Notes: a model not told the origin generated them from the sequence alone. 35,973 bases of DNA from Dehalococcoidales bacterium (GCA_035527575.1 DATLAD010000057.1:1-35973), one strand, 5' to 3'. Shown: positions 8,352 through 17,888, counted from the first letter of the stretch. Program-made: numbers and translations.

Positions 8352-9227
8352 TTGGAAATTCACGAGTGGATGATAAACTACACCCGCCAGACGGAGTGGA
8401 TTGACCGCAGGGGCATCTTTCTCTGGATTGCCTTCTATGCCGGCGGGCTCGGCGGGGGACTTTACCTGGTATCGCTTTATTTCAACAGCCTGTGGGGGAT
8501 GTTCCTGAGCTGGCTGATTATCGCCGTGGTCAAGGGCGGGGCCCACCTCATCTACCTGGGCAAACCGCTGCGCTTCTGGCGCATCGTCTTTCGCCCGAAC
8601 TCTTCCTGGCTGGCCAGGGGCATTATCTTCGTATTAGCTTTTGTTCTTTTCGCGGCGGTGCAGCTTGGCCTTTCCTATTGGCTGCCCGGTACCGCCATAG
8701 AAATCGTCTTCAAGGTGCTGGCCGGAATGGCGGCACTGGCGGTCACGGTATACACCGGCTTCGTCCTGAATACCGTTAAAGCCGTGCCTTTCTGGAACTC
8801 GACGTTGCTGCCATTATTATTCGTACTGTGCGGCATACTGGGAGGCTTCGGCCTTTCGGTAATCATCGGCTTGAACGGGGGGAACGTCAACATCGCCGCC
8901 GCCGAGACGGGGAGTCGATGGCTGCTCATCGCCAACGCCCTGCTGATAGTCGTCTATCTCTGGGCGGCGGCCAACCGCGAGACCACCGGAAAGAAATCGG
9001 TCGTGGAGCAGATGCGCGGCAACCTCGCCCCCGTTTTCTGGATTGGCATCGTCGTCCTCGGCATCGTCATACCACTGGCCATCGCCTTTTCCAGCTACTT
9101 AGTCGGCGAAGTATCGTCGGTCCTGCTGGTCACCGGCGTGGCCTGCGAGGTAATCGGCGGGCTGGCATTAAGATATTGCGTGCTGAAAGCCGGCGCCTAT
9201 AAACCGCTGGTCGCCATCGCCAGCTAG
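8352..9227 (+). CDS. NrfD/PsrC-like integral membrane anchor subunit
   Basis: 291 aa, polytopic and hydrophobic with about 8 helices. It starts (TTG at 8352, or ATG at 8370) 1 nt after the FeS subunit stop. Its position between the FeS and catalytic subunits supports the call. Confidence 0.7.
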   Translation: MEIHEWMINYTRQTEWIDRRGIFLWIAFYAGGLGGGLYLVSLYFNSLWGMFLSWLIIAVVKGGAHLIYLGKPLRFWRIVFRPNSSWLARGIIFVLAFVLFAAVQLGLSYWLPGTAIEIVFKVLAGMAALAVTVYTGFVLNTVKAVPFWNSTLLPLLFVLCGILGGFGLSVIIGLNGGNVNIAAAETGSRWLLIANALLIVVYLWAAANRETTGKKSVVEQMRGNLAPVFWIGIVVLGIVIPLAIAFSSYLVGEVSSVLLVTGVACEVIGGLALRYCVLKAGAYKPLVAIAS

Positions 9228-9282
9228 CCGGCCGTTAGTTTTCAGGCAAGCGACCCGCATTAATTCAGAAAGATATAAACAT

Positions 9283-11415
9283 ATGAGCGAGAAAAAGATT
9301 ATCAAGACCACCTGTAAAAGCTGCCACGGCGGCTGCGGCGTCCTGGTGACCGTCGAGGATGGGGTGATTACCCACATCGAAGGCAACCCGGACACGCCGA
9401 CCCGGGGCACGATGTGCTCCAAGGGGCTATCGAGCATCCAGCACATCAACCATCCCGACCGCCTTAAATACCCCCTGAAAAGGATGGGGAAAAGGGGGGA
9501 GGGGAAATGGCAGCGGATAAGCTGGGACGAGGCGCTGGATACCATCGAGAGCAAGATGAAGGAGTCCATCGAGAAATACGGGCCTTCATCCATAGCCGTT
9601 TCCCAGGGGACGGGGCGGGGCTACAACAGGTACACCCACCGCTTCGCACGTTCGATAGGCACGGCCAATATCATCACGCCCGGCTACATCTGCCACAGTC
9701 CGAGGCTGGGCCTCTACGGGCTGGTCACAGGGTACGGCCGTCTCTACTGCGACTATCACGGCTGGGGCGGGGAGTTCCCCAAAACGCAGATATCCTGGGC
9801 CAAACAGCTGGAAATAAGCAGCGCCGACTCCGAGATGGCGGTATGGTTCCTCAACTCGCTGAAGCACGTCAAGAACCTGATTGTTATCGACCCGCGGGAA
9901 ACAGCCCTCTCTTCGCGGGCGACACTATGGCTGCAAATCAGGCCGGGCACGGACGCCGCCCTGGCTCTGGCCATGATAAACGTCATTACCAACGAAGGCC
10001 TGTGGGATAAAGACTTCGTGGAGAACTGGACCTACGGCTTCGATAAGCTCAAAGAGAGAGTCCAGGAGTACACGCCGGAGCGTGTCGCCGAAATAACATG
10101 GTTAAAGGCGGATGACATTAGAAAAGCGGCCCGACTTTTTGCCGAGGACACGCCGGGCTGTATACAGGTCGGCAGCTCTCTGGAGCGGCAGGCCAACTGC
10201 GGCCAGACATTGAGGGCTATTATCTGCCTGCTGGGTGTCACCGGTAATATCGAGAGGCCGGGTAGCATGATGAGCTGGGTGGTGCCGGACACGGGGCTGC
10301 TGGAAGATTTTTACCTGGAAATACCCCTGACCGACCAAATGCGGAAGGGTATCGTGGGCAGCGACGAATACAAGATGGGCGCGGCGCGCACAGCTCATTC
10401 CGATAGTGTCATTAAGCAACTAATTAACGGAAATTCCGTAGTAAAAGTATGGTTCAGCGTCGGCGGGCAGCAGATACTCCACCTGGCGAACACCAGAGAG
10501 GTGATGCAGGCGCTGTTAAACGTCGACTTCCTGTTTCACGCCGACCAGTTCATGGGACCCATGGCGGAACACGCCGATATCGTCCTTCCGGCGGCGCACT
10601 GGCTGGAAATAGACGATATCTATAACATGCACCCTCGCTTTATGATAGAAGCCATTAATAAGACAGTCGACCCGCCGGGCGAGGCCTGGCCCGATAACAG
10701 GATATTCAACGAGCTTGGTAAAAGAATGGCTCCCCGGTACTGGTTTGAAAACGTCGAAAAGATGCTGGACTACACGGTGAGAAAGGCCAACCTGACCTGG
10801 AAAGAGTTCAGCCAAAAAGGCGTCATGGCCAGGATGGGCAAAGACCAGATTTACTACAAATACAAGACCGACTACTGGAAAAAAGGCGGCGGTTTCCCCA
10901 CCCCGACCGGCAAGATGGAACTCTATTCAACAGTGCTGGAAGACCTGGGGTACGACCCTCTGCCCTATTTCCAGGAGCCCGGCGAAAGTCCTGTTTCCAC
11001 GCCGGAACTGGCCAAAGAATACCCGCTTGTTCTTTCGACGGGATACCGCCAGCCCTTCTACTTCCTGTCGCAGTACCGGAATATCCCCTGGCTGCGCAGC
11101 TTTCAGAAAGACCCGGTGATGCAGATTCACCCGGATACGGCCAAGGGACTGGGCATCGAGGACGGCGACTGGGCCTGGATTGAGACGCCGAGGGGTAGAA
11201 TCAAGCAGAAAGCCAGGCTGTTCCCCGGCATTCACCCTGAAGTTGTCATGGCAACGGCCAACTGCTTTTATCCCGAGGAGCCGGGTCCGCTGCACGGTAT
11301 GCTGAAGTCCAACCCGAACGTGCTTACCTCTAACGACCACTGCGACCCCATGTACGGGTCGCCGGACCTCACGGCATTGTTATGTAAAGTGTACCGGGCG
11401 AAAGACGGCAGTTGA
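9283..11415 (+). CDS. molybdopterin (bis-MGD) oxidoreductase catalytic subunit, DMSO-reductase superfamily, no Tat signal
   Basis: 710 aa. The N-terminal FS0 cluster motif is CKSCHGGCGV...C (C-x2-C-x3-C-x27-C). The region KWQRISWDEALDTIESKMKESIEKYGPSSIAVSQG is typical of the family. The protein starts MSEKKIIKTTC with no RRxFLK motif. Confidence 0.85.
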   Translation: MSEKKIIKTTCKSCHGGCGVLVTVEDGVITHIEGNPDTPTRGTMCSKGLSSIQHINHPDRLKYPLKRMGKRGEGKWQRISWDEALDTIESKMKESIEKYGPSSIAVSQGTGRGYNRYTHRFARSIGTANIITPGYICHSPRLGLYGLVTGYGRLYCDYHGWGGEFPKTQISWAKQLEISSADSEMAVWFLNSLKHVKNLIVIDPRETALSSRATLWLQIRPGTDAALALAMINVITNEGLWDKDFVENWTYGFDKLKERVQEYTPERVAEITWLKADDIRKAARLFAEDTPGCIQVGSSLERQANCGQTLRAIICLLGVTGNIERPGSMMSWVVPDTGLLEDFYLEIPLTDQMRKGIVGSDEYKMGAARTAHSDSVIKQLINGNSVVKVWFSVGGQQILHLANTREVMQALLNVDFLFHADQFMGPMAEHADIVLPAAHWLEIDDIYNMHPRFMIEAINKTVDPPGEAWPDNRIFNELGKRMAPRYWFENVEKMLDYTVRKANLTWKEFSQKGVMARMGKDQIYYKYKTDYWKKGGGFPTPTGKMELYSTVLEDLGYDPLPYFQEPGESPVSTPELAKEYPLVLSTGYRQPFYFLSQYRNIPWLRSFQKDPVMQIHPDTAKGLGIEDGDWAWIETPRGRIKQKARLFPGIHPEVVMATANCFYPEEPGPLHGMLKSNPNVLTSNDHCDPMYGSPDLTALLCKVYRAKDGS

Positions 11416-11440
11416 CGGGTCGCACTCCTGAACTACTACC

Positions 11441-12757
11441 CTATTTCGTCGACAAGCCCGGCAACCAGGTCGCCAGAGCCGGAAAGACCAAAATCAACAC
11501 CATGACGCCGATGCCCATGAACAGGAAAGGCATTGAAGACTTGAACACGTCCCCGAGCGTCACGTCCTGCGGCGCGATAGCTTTCATGGTGAAGACATCC
11601 AGTCCGAAAGGCGGGGTAATCAACCCCAGCTGAATATTCATCAGCGAAATAACGGCAAACCACAGCGTATCGTAACCCAGAGCCCTCACCAGGGGAAAGA
11701 AGAGGGGCGCCGTTATCATTACAATACTGGCGGGGTCCATAAAAGCGCCCAGGAACAGCAGAATCACCTGAGTGGCTATTATGACAAAAATTGGATGAAC
11801 CGACAGATTCGTGGCGAACTGTACCAGAGTGGTGATGGCGCCGGTGATAGCCAGTATCCGGCTGAAGCTGATGGAGCCGACAACGATGAAAAACACCATC
11901 ACGGTAACCTGGACCGTGCTCTGTGCGGACTGCGTAACCGTCTTCCTGTTCAGCTTCTTATAGATAGCGGCCAGTATATAGCAGGCGATGACGCCCAGGG
12001 CAGCCGATTCGCCGGGGGTGGCGATGCCCATGAATACGCTACCGATTACGGCGAAGATGACCAGGACTATCGGCAGGATATGGGTAACCGTGGATTTAAC
12101 TTTCTCACCCATGGGCACGTGAGGGACCTCATATTCCGGTGCCAGGGAGGGATTTAAAGTGCAACGCACAATAATATAGATAGCGAATAAAGCAGCCAGC
12201 AGTATACCGGGCACGATAATGGCTAATAAAAGATTGCCGATGGATACCTGGCCAACGGCCCCCAGGAATACGGCAAGGGCGCTGGGGGGTATTAAAATCG
12301 CCAGGGTGCCGCTGGATACAATCGGGCCCAGGGTCATGGTATTCTTGTACCCGCGTTTTCTCATTTCCGGTATGAGGACCCTGCCCAGGATGCCTATCGA
12401 GCCGCCGCTGATGCCTATCATGGTCCCGAGGAGCACACCCGAACCGACGGCCAGCAGGCTCAGCCTTCCCGGCAGACGCCCCAGAATCTTATCGACGGCG
12501 TCTATCAGCATTGCGCCCACGCCGGAGCTAAAGATAATATCACCCATAAGGATGAACAGCGGTATCGGCAGGAAGTTATAATTGGCCACGGAGCTGTAGA
12601 AGCTCATGGCCAGCTGTTCCAGTCCCCGGGGGCCTCCCCAGAATATCAACGCCCCCATCACGCAGGTAAACATGAAGGCAAAGGCAATCGGCATGCCGGT
12701 CATCATGAGAACAATCAGACAACCGAACATGAGCAGCATGGCCAGATACCATTCCAC
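11441..12757 (-). CDS. dctM: TRAP transporter large permease subunit
   Basis: 438 aa, highly hydrophobic with about 12 TM segments. It sits directly downstream of small-permease and SBP genes on the same strand, and the sequence pattern is typical of DctM. Confidence 0.85.
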   Translation of the reverse strand: MEWYLAMLLMFGCLIVLMMTGMPIAFAFMFTCVMGALIFWGGPRGLEQLAMSFYSSVANYNFLPIPLFILMGDIIFSSGVGAMLIDAVDKILGRLPGRLSLLAVGSGVLLGTMIGISGGSIGILGRVLIPEMRKRGYKNTMTLGPIVSSGTLAILIPPSALAVFLGAVGQVSIGNLLLAIIVPGILLAALFAIYIIVRCTLNPSLAPEYEVPHVPMGEKVKSTVTHILPIVLVIFAVIGSVFMGIATPGESAALGVIACYILAAIYKKLNRKTVTQSAQSTVQVTVMVFFIVVGSISFSRILAITGAITTLVQFATNLSVHPIFVIIATQVILLFLGAFMDPASIVMITAPLFFPLVRALGYDTLWFAVISLMNIQLGLITPPFGLDVFTMKAIAPQDVTLGDVFKSSMPFLFMGIGVMVLILVFPALATWLPGLSTK

Positions 12758-12802
12758 CGCTATATCCTCCGAATACCCCTGAAATCCGGCCTGTTTGAGC
12801 CT

Positions 12803-13357
12803 TTAAATGGTCTTATAAGTATTAAAGTAGGCATAAGCATTCCTGATTACCTGGATAAACAACATCAAAAACCCTATGGGGATGATTATCTCTATAGGCC
12901 ATTTGGGCGGGTTCAGTATCGTCGCGAGAGCAAAATGATTTTGATAATCGAATACGGTTAATCGGCTAGTATAAAACACAATCCCTGCCAGAAGAATGAT
13001 ACACATACAAGAAGTTATAAAGTTAACAATAGCCCGGGTTTTCGGTGACAGTCGGCCGGTAACCGAGTCCATTTTCACATGCCCCAGGCTCCTCATCAAA
13101 GAGGTCGTACCCAGAAAAGTCATCCACACGAGGGTATAGGTAATCATTTCATAGAGGAGGTTCCAGGTGATACCGAATGATTTTCTTAAGATGACATCTA
13201 CGGACACAACTATAGCGTCGATGACGATAATGATGGCGGCCGCTAAAAGCATATAATCGATGGACCTGTCAAATATAACTCCGGCCCTGTTTAATGTCTT
13301 CACATCGAATCCTTCCGCCAGATAAACCTGTGCATAGGGATGACAGTAACACGTCAT
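12803..13357 (-). CDS. dctQ: TRAP transporter small permease subunit
   Basis: Four-TM protein between the SBP and DctM genes. The longest ORF starts at 13357. A GTG at 13303 preceded by GGAAGGA (6-nt spacing) gives VKTLNRAGVIFDRSIDYMLL and is a plausible true start. Confidence 0.75.
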   Translation of the reverse strand: MTCYCHPYAQVYLAEGFDVKTLNRAGVIFDRSIDYMLLAAAIIIVIDAIVVSVDVILRKSFGITWNLLYEMITYTLVWMTFLGTTSLMRSLGHVKMDSVTGRLSPKTRAIVNFITSCMCIILLAGIVFYTSRLTVFDYQNHFALATILNPPKWPIEIIIPIGFLMLFIQVIRNAYAYFNTYKTI

Positions 13358-13446
13358 ATATTTACCCTATGCACAGGTTATGCCTTGCATATTATGCCGC
13401 GTATTCCGGTTAACCAGCGGCTTAATAAGGTACACGGGTAAAGATT

Positions 13447-14463
13447 TTATTTAGCCCGCGAGAAATCCGGGTCTACCAGCCACTCTTTCAATTTAGGACC
13501 GACATCCGGCCACCTGGCAATATCCTCGGCCCACATCGAATCCCGGTAAGCCAGGTAGAACGTCCTGGCATCAGCCTTCGACAGGTGGATAATCTTGACG
13601 CCCTGTGCCGAAATATCCTTTTTCACCTGCTCCACGGTCTCGGTGAACATCTTGGCGCCATCGATTTCCGCCTGAATCATTGCCTTGTTCAGAACATCCT
13701 GCTGGGCTTTCGACAGGCTGTTATATTTAGCCATGTTCATGATCATCATGCCACCGCAGGAACTGAACGGCTCGTCCAGCATGGCTACGGTTACCGGCGT
13801 CAGGCTGAAGTCCTGGATGCCCGGTATGCCGATGTTGTAACCATCAACGGTGCCCCTTTCCATCGCCGTGAAGTAATCGGTGAAATCAATAGGAACACAA
13901 ACGGCACCCACGGCCTCGATAAACGACTTGTTGGAACCACCCGTAGCGGCTATTTTCAGGCCTTTCAGGTCCGCCACCCCGGAGATTTCCCTCCCCAGGT
14001 AAAAAACGGTCTGTACCTGGGGTTCTGAAGACACGGACGCACCCAGATAGAGGACACCCTTTTTGGCAAACTCGTCCTGATAGTACTTGAACGCCGGCCC
14101 CTTACGCAGTTCCATGGGGTTGATTTCGGCGCGGCCTATGGAATTCGAGCCCGGAACCAGGGCGTCGCAGAAAGGACCCAGGGAACTGGCGAGATCCACG
14201 GAACCCCTCTGGACGGCAGAGGGAGCATCGGGAGCCGGTATAGCTTCCGGTCCGCTTAATTTTATGGTCACAGCCCCGTTGGAGACTTTGCTTACCTGCT
14301 CAACAAACGAACGGGCCCAGTTGCCGCCGGGCGGAATATCGGGCAGAAAGCTGACCAGGCTAAGCTCTATAGATTCAACCTGGGCTGGCTTGGACGTACA
14401 ACCGGTGATTACCAGGCCGATTGTCAGTAAAATCGCCAGGAATAATAACACTATTTTCTTCAA
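13447..14463 (-). CDS. dctP: TRAP transporter substrate-binding lipoprotein (DctP family)
   Basis: The track ORF begins at 14481 (TTG). However, GGAGGTGA lies inside that extension, 8 nt before a TTG at 14463. That start yields a textbook lipoprotein signal, (M)KKIVLLFLAILLTIGLVITGC, with lipobox ITGC. Confidence 0.8.
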   Translation of the reverse strand: MKKIVLLFLAILLTIGLVITGCTSKPAQVESIELSLVSFLPDIPPGGNWARSFVEQVSKVSNGAVTIKLSGPEAIPAPDAPSAVQRGSVDLASSLGPFCDALVPGSNSIGRAEINPMELRKGPAFKYYQDEFAKKGVLYLGASVSSEPQVQTVFYLGREISGVADLKGLKIAATGGSNKSFIEAVGAVCVPIDFTDYFTAMERGTVDGYNIGIPGIQDFSLTPVTVAMLDEPFSSCGGMMIMNMAKYNSLSKAQQDVLNKAMIQAEIDGAKMFTETVEQVKKDISAQGVKIIHLSKADARTFYLAYRDSMWAEDIARWPDVGPKLKEWLVDPDFSRAK

Positions 14464-14636
14464 TTCAGTCACCTCCGTCAATATTTTACATGCTCCAGAT
14501 CACGAACTAATGACAAGGTAATAATTCTACTCTATTTTTATCGTTCAGATCACCTCCTTTTCGTAAGAAAACGGTGATTTTTTTGTTAATTTCCGCTTAT
14601 TATATTATTCCTGCTTTACTTAAGTCAAGGAAAATA

Positions 14637-15719
14637 CTATTTAAACACGATGACATTACGCAGCGCTTCACCCCTCTCCACCGCTTCAATAGCCTCGTTA
14701 ATCTGTTCCAGCGAATACCTGCCGGTGATTAACTCGTCCAGCTTGAGAATCCCCGCCTTATAAAGCTCGACCAGCCTGGGAATATCCTCCTGCAAATTCG
14801 TCGAGCCCATATAGCCGCCGGTAAGCACCCTCTCATCTTTGATGAAAAACAGGGGCGAAAAAGTGATTGTTTCGGTAAATTTAGTCAGTCCCACAATGAC
14901 GGTTGTACCACGCGGTCCCGACATATTGATACCCTGAAGGATAGCGTTAACGCTGCCGACCGTTACAAAAATATAGTCTGCCCCTACCCCGTCCGTCAAC
15001 TCTCTGACTCCCTCTACCGGGTCCTTTTGTGAAGCATTGATAGTATGGGTCGCGCCGAATGTCCTGGCCGCTTTGAGTTTCTCATCCGAGACGTCCACCG
15101 CAATCACGGGATAAGCTCCGGAAATAGCCGCGCCCTGGACGGCATTAAGGCCGACTCCTCCCGTGCCGATGATTACGCAACTGCTGAGCACCTCGGCTTT
15201 CACCCGGTTGACTACGGCGCCGAACCCGGTAATGACACCGCAGGCCAGCAACGCAGCCCTATCCAGAGGCATGTCCGCGGGTACTTTAACAACCTGCGAC
15301 TCAAGTACGATAACGTATTCGGCAAAACCGCCCACTTTGACCGTTTTCCTGATATATTTTCCTTTCTTATCTCGCACGCGGCTCTCTTTATCCAGCGAAA
15401 ACACCGTGTTGCACATATGGGGACGTCCCGTCCGACAGTAGCGGCAACTCCCGCAGGAATACAGGAGCGATACCACCACGGGGTCGCCCGGTTTGACGGA
15501 AGTAACGCCTTCGCCCACCTCCTCAATATAACCGGCACACTCATGGCCGGGGAGGACAGGCAGTTCGCCTCCCAGGTCGCCCCTGATGTCATGGATGTCG
15601 CTGTGACAGATAGCTGTGGCGGCCAGCTTCACCTTGACCTCTCCCTTCTGCGGCGGTTCGATATCCACTTCTTCTATCACCAGTGGTTTACCAAATTCAT
15701 AACATATCGCGGCTTTCAT
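14637..15719 (-). CDS. zinc-dependent medium-chain alcohol dehydrogenase
   Basis: 360 aa. It has the catalytic Zn ligand context CHSD and GHECAGYIEEVG, the structural Zn cluster CGSCRYCRTGRPHMC, and the Rossmann motif GTGGVGL. Confidence 0.9.
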   Translation of the reverse strand: MKAAICYEFGKPLVIEEVDIEPPQKGEVKVKLAATAICHSDIHDIRGDLGGELPVLPGHECAGYIEEVGEGVTSVKPGDPVVVSLLYSCGSCRYCRTGRPHMCNTVFSLDKESRVRDKKGKYIRKTVKVGGFAEYVIVLESQVVKVPADMPLDRAALLACGVITGFGAVVNRVKAEVLSSCVIIGTGGVGLNAVQGAAISGAYPVIAVDVSDEKLKAARTFGATHTINASQKDPVEGVRELTDGVGADYIFVTVGSVNAILQGINMSGPRGTTVIVGLTKFTETITFSPLFFIKDERVLTGGYMGSTNLQEDIPRLVELYKAGILKLDELITGRYSLEQINEAIEAVERGEALRNVIVFK

Positions 15720-15931
15720 GTTTTACTCCTTATATGTTTTTTTAACCATAATCAGTCTATTTGCCTTGAAAGATAAAGTCAAATGAGGCAAAGATATATC
15801 TTTACCTCACGCCCTGTGTCCCCCTCCCGCTGCGCACTCCCCTTCTGGGTGGTGGGTAAACAATTTCGATTAGACACGGATGCCTTGAGTGTGGAGGTTG
15901 AGAGAAGATATAAAGGAGGGGGGATAATTTT

Positions 15932-15961
15932 TTGACAAAGAGGGAATCTTGAACTTATGAT
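15932..15961 (+). promoter_or_regulatory. sigma70-type promoter TTGACA-18nt-TATGAT
   Basis: TTGACA at 15932-15937 and TATGAT at 15956-15961, about 30 nt upstream of the AAGGAGAG RBS and the ATG at 15992. Confidence 0.5.
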
Positions 15962-15991
15962 AAGCATATCCGTCTGAAAGGAGAGTCTGAG

Positions 15992-16327
15992 ATGTCTAAG
16001 AGTACGATACTGAACATTATAGGTACCGATTGCCCTGCCGAGATAGAAGCGAAGTTCAATAAATGGTACAACGAGGTTCATATTCCTTTATTGTTCAAAT
16101 ACAAGGGTATGAAGAAAGTTACGCGCTATCAACTGGCGGGTGAAAGCAAGGGGCAGGCCAAGTACCTGGCCATCTACGAGTACGAGACTAAAGAAGCCCT
16201 CGATGCCTTTTCAAATAGCCCGGAGTTAGCCGCCGCCATAGAGGAGATGCAGGGGACATGGAAGGGCGGGGGAATCGATATTAAATGGAGGGCCACATAC
16301 GAGCCGATAAAGACGTGGGAACGGTAA
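15992..16327 (+). CDS. small dimeric alpha/beta-barrel protein (EthD/DUF4286-like)
   Basis: 111 aa with a good RBS. The FNKWYNEVHIPLL motif and the size are typical of EthD/DUF4286-like ferredoxin-fold proteins. Function is uncertain. Confidence 0.55.
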   Translation: MSKSTILNIIGTDCPAEIEAKFNKWYNEVHIPLLFKYKGMKKVTRYQLAGESKGQAKYLAIYEYETKEALDAFSNSPELAAAIEEMQGTWKGGGIDIKWRATYEPIKTWER

Positions 16328-16437
16328 ACGCGGATAACAGAAGGTCTAATAGATATATATTTGTAAGAATGCGGACGCTTGGGTTACTATAGGAGCAGGA
16401 ACTTACGAACGGTTTTTAATACTTTCTTAGAGGGCGA

Positions 16438-16755
16438 TTGATGACCGTAACGGAAACCAGCTGGTGGGATTCTTCGGCAACGTTCAGACGGTGCACTGCA
16501 GAGAAAGCTTCTTTTATTCTCCTGTGCGGGTTCGACCTTACTCTGACGATACTGGCGATGTACCTCGGCCTGGCTGAGCTAAATCCTTTTGTCAGGTACA
16601 TCATTCGCATACCAGCGTTACTTCTGATGATCAAGCTGTTTATACCTGTTCTCATCGCGTGGCTGATGCCGGGGAAGCTTCTCTGGCCGTCAATCGGGCT
16701 GCTAATCCTGGTCGTCGTCTGGAATATCAAGGAACTGGTTGTCTTTTTGCTGTAA
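16438..16755 (+). CDS. small membrane protein, DUF5658-like
   Basis: 105 aa with three hydrophobic helices. It carries the D-x-x-LT...G-x-x-E-x-NP motif (FDLTLTILAMYLGLAELNPF). Start is TTG at 16438 or ATG at 16441. Confidence 0.55.
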   Translation: MMTVTETSWWDSSATFRRCTAEKASFILLCGFDLTLTILAMYLGLAELNPFVRYIIRIPALLLMIKLFIPVLIAWLMPGKLLWPSIGLLILVVVWNIKELVVFLL

Positions 16756-16760
16756 GGTCT

Positions 16761-17492
16761 TCACCGTCCCCCGGCGCGTACGAGAGGTTCTTCTTTCTGA
16801 TACAAACTACCCATCGTTTCCAGGTAAAGCCGGGCGGCACTGACCCTCAGGTGTTTCGAATTATAACCGGGGTCTGCCTTGAGCTTGCTGTACATGCTGT
16901 TGAGGTGGTGCTCGACCGTCTTGATATCGATGAACAGGGTATTGGCGATGGCCGAATTAGTGTAGCCCTGCGAGAGAAGGCTGAGGATTTCCAGCTCACG
17001 GGTGGTGAGCTGCTTGAGGAAGGGGCACTCCGGCTTTCCGGCGAACATAAAAGTAGCCAGCGGCGGGTCGAGGATAACCTGCCCCTGGCTAACCGCCAGA
17101 ATCATCCGGCACAGCTGGTCGACTTTATCCAGGGATTGTTTCAGGAAGAGCGCCATACCGCTTTCTCCGCAGAGCGCCAGCCGGCGCAGTAATTCAATGT
17201 CCTGCGAGCTGTAAAATATGATTAAAATTACTATTCCCATCCTGGGATAGCTGTTCCTGATTCGCTCCAGCTCTTCAATAATATCTATATTAAGCTTCTT
17301 GACACTCAGTAACAAAACGTCAGGATTAAGTTCAGACGCCGCCCGCTCCATAGCTCCTGTATTGCTGTTTTCCGAGACTCGCAGTATTTCAATATTGGAC
17401 CGGTTGGGCAGGACATAACGGTACATCTCCCGGTAAATTTCCTGCTCTTCCACTACGTATAAGCTTACGGTTTCTGACTTTTCCTGAATCAT
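16761..17492 (-). CDS. LuxR/NarL-family transcription regulator with an atypical (Asp-less) receiver domain
   Basis: The C-terminal HTH_LuxR reads LTTRELEILSLLSQGYTNSAIANTLFIDIKTVEHHLNSMYSKL. The N-terminal receiver fold is retained, but the acidic pair is EE (VVEEQE) and the phospho-acceptor position reads PDVLLLSVKKL, with Ser63 where Asp is expected. Transcribed divergently from the first archaellin gene. Confidence 0.75.
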   Translation of the reverse strand: MIQEKSETVSLYVVEEQEIYREMYRYVLPNRSNIEILRVSENSNTGAMERAASELNPDVLLLSVKKLNIDIIEELERIRNSYPRMGIVILIIFYSSQDIELLRRLALCGESGMALFLKQSLDKVDQLCRMILAVSQGQVILDPPLATFMFAGKPECPFLKQLTTRELEILSLLSQGYTNSAIANTLFIDIKTVEHHLNSMYSKLKADPGYNSKHLRVSAARLYLETMGSLYQKEEPLVRAGGR

Positions 17493-17888
17493 ATTAACGC
17501 CTTTCCCTTTATACCTTTTATTACTCTATATTCCCCGCAACCCCCCGCATCCTTCAGCTAACAGCCACTTATGATTGTAAGCCAGTTGTATAAAGAGATT
17601 TATAAAAATTCATAAATATACCATTAAGTTATCATTAATTTTTCATTATATTTTGGCCATTTGGCGAACCACGGCGGGTGTCTGCTTCTGATTTTGCCAT
17701 TTCAACCACTGAATAACAATGGATGCTACCCCCCATTTTGTCATAGGGAATTCCTTAATTTACTATCGGAGACCCCCCCCAGACGATTATTAGGAAAATG
17801 ACATACCAAGATTGGGGATGGTGTAGTGGCCACTGTCAGCCATCGGGGGTAGATTGGGTATATCCATGCCATCGCAAGGGAGGAAATC

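Noticed and set aside
11412-11633. 73 aa + strand ORF overlapping the molybdoenzyme stop.
   Set aside because: It is antisense to the C-terminal part of dctM and has no RBS.
14549-14587. A hairpin (ATCACC..TTTTC-GTAA-GAAAA..GGTGAT) followed by TTTTTTT, considered as a terminator.
   Set aside because: The T-run is on the + strand, but both neighbouring genes (ADH and dctP) are on the minus strand. It may be a hairpin-only or bidirectional element, and I could not assign it confidently.
15779-16081. 100 aa minus-strand ORF.
   Set aside because: It covers the sigma70 promoter, the RBS and the start of the + strand 111 aa gene. It has no RBS and a low-complexity translation.
16416-16730. 104 aa minus-strand ORF.
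   Set aside because: It is fully antisense to the DUF5658-like membrane protein gene, which has the better start context and a recognisable motif.
17493-17888. Search for sigma54 (TGGCAC-N5-TTGC), sigma28 or c-di-GMP riboswitch signatures upstream of arlB1.
   Set aside because: Only off-spacing partial matches were found (for example TGGCCACTGTCAGCC, with GG-GC spacing one nt short). There is no convincing match to any of these motifs.
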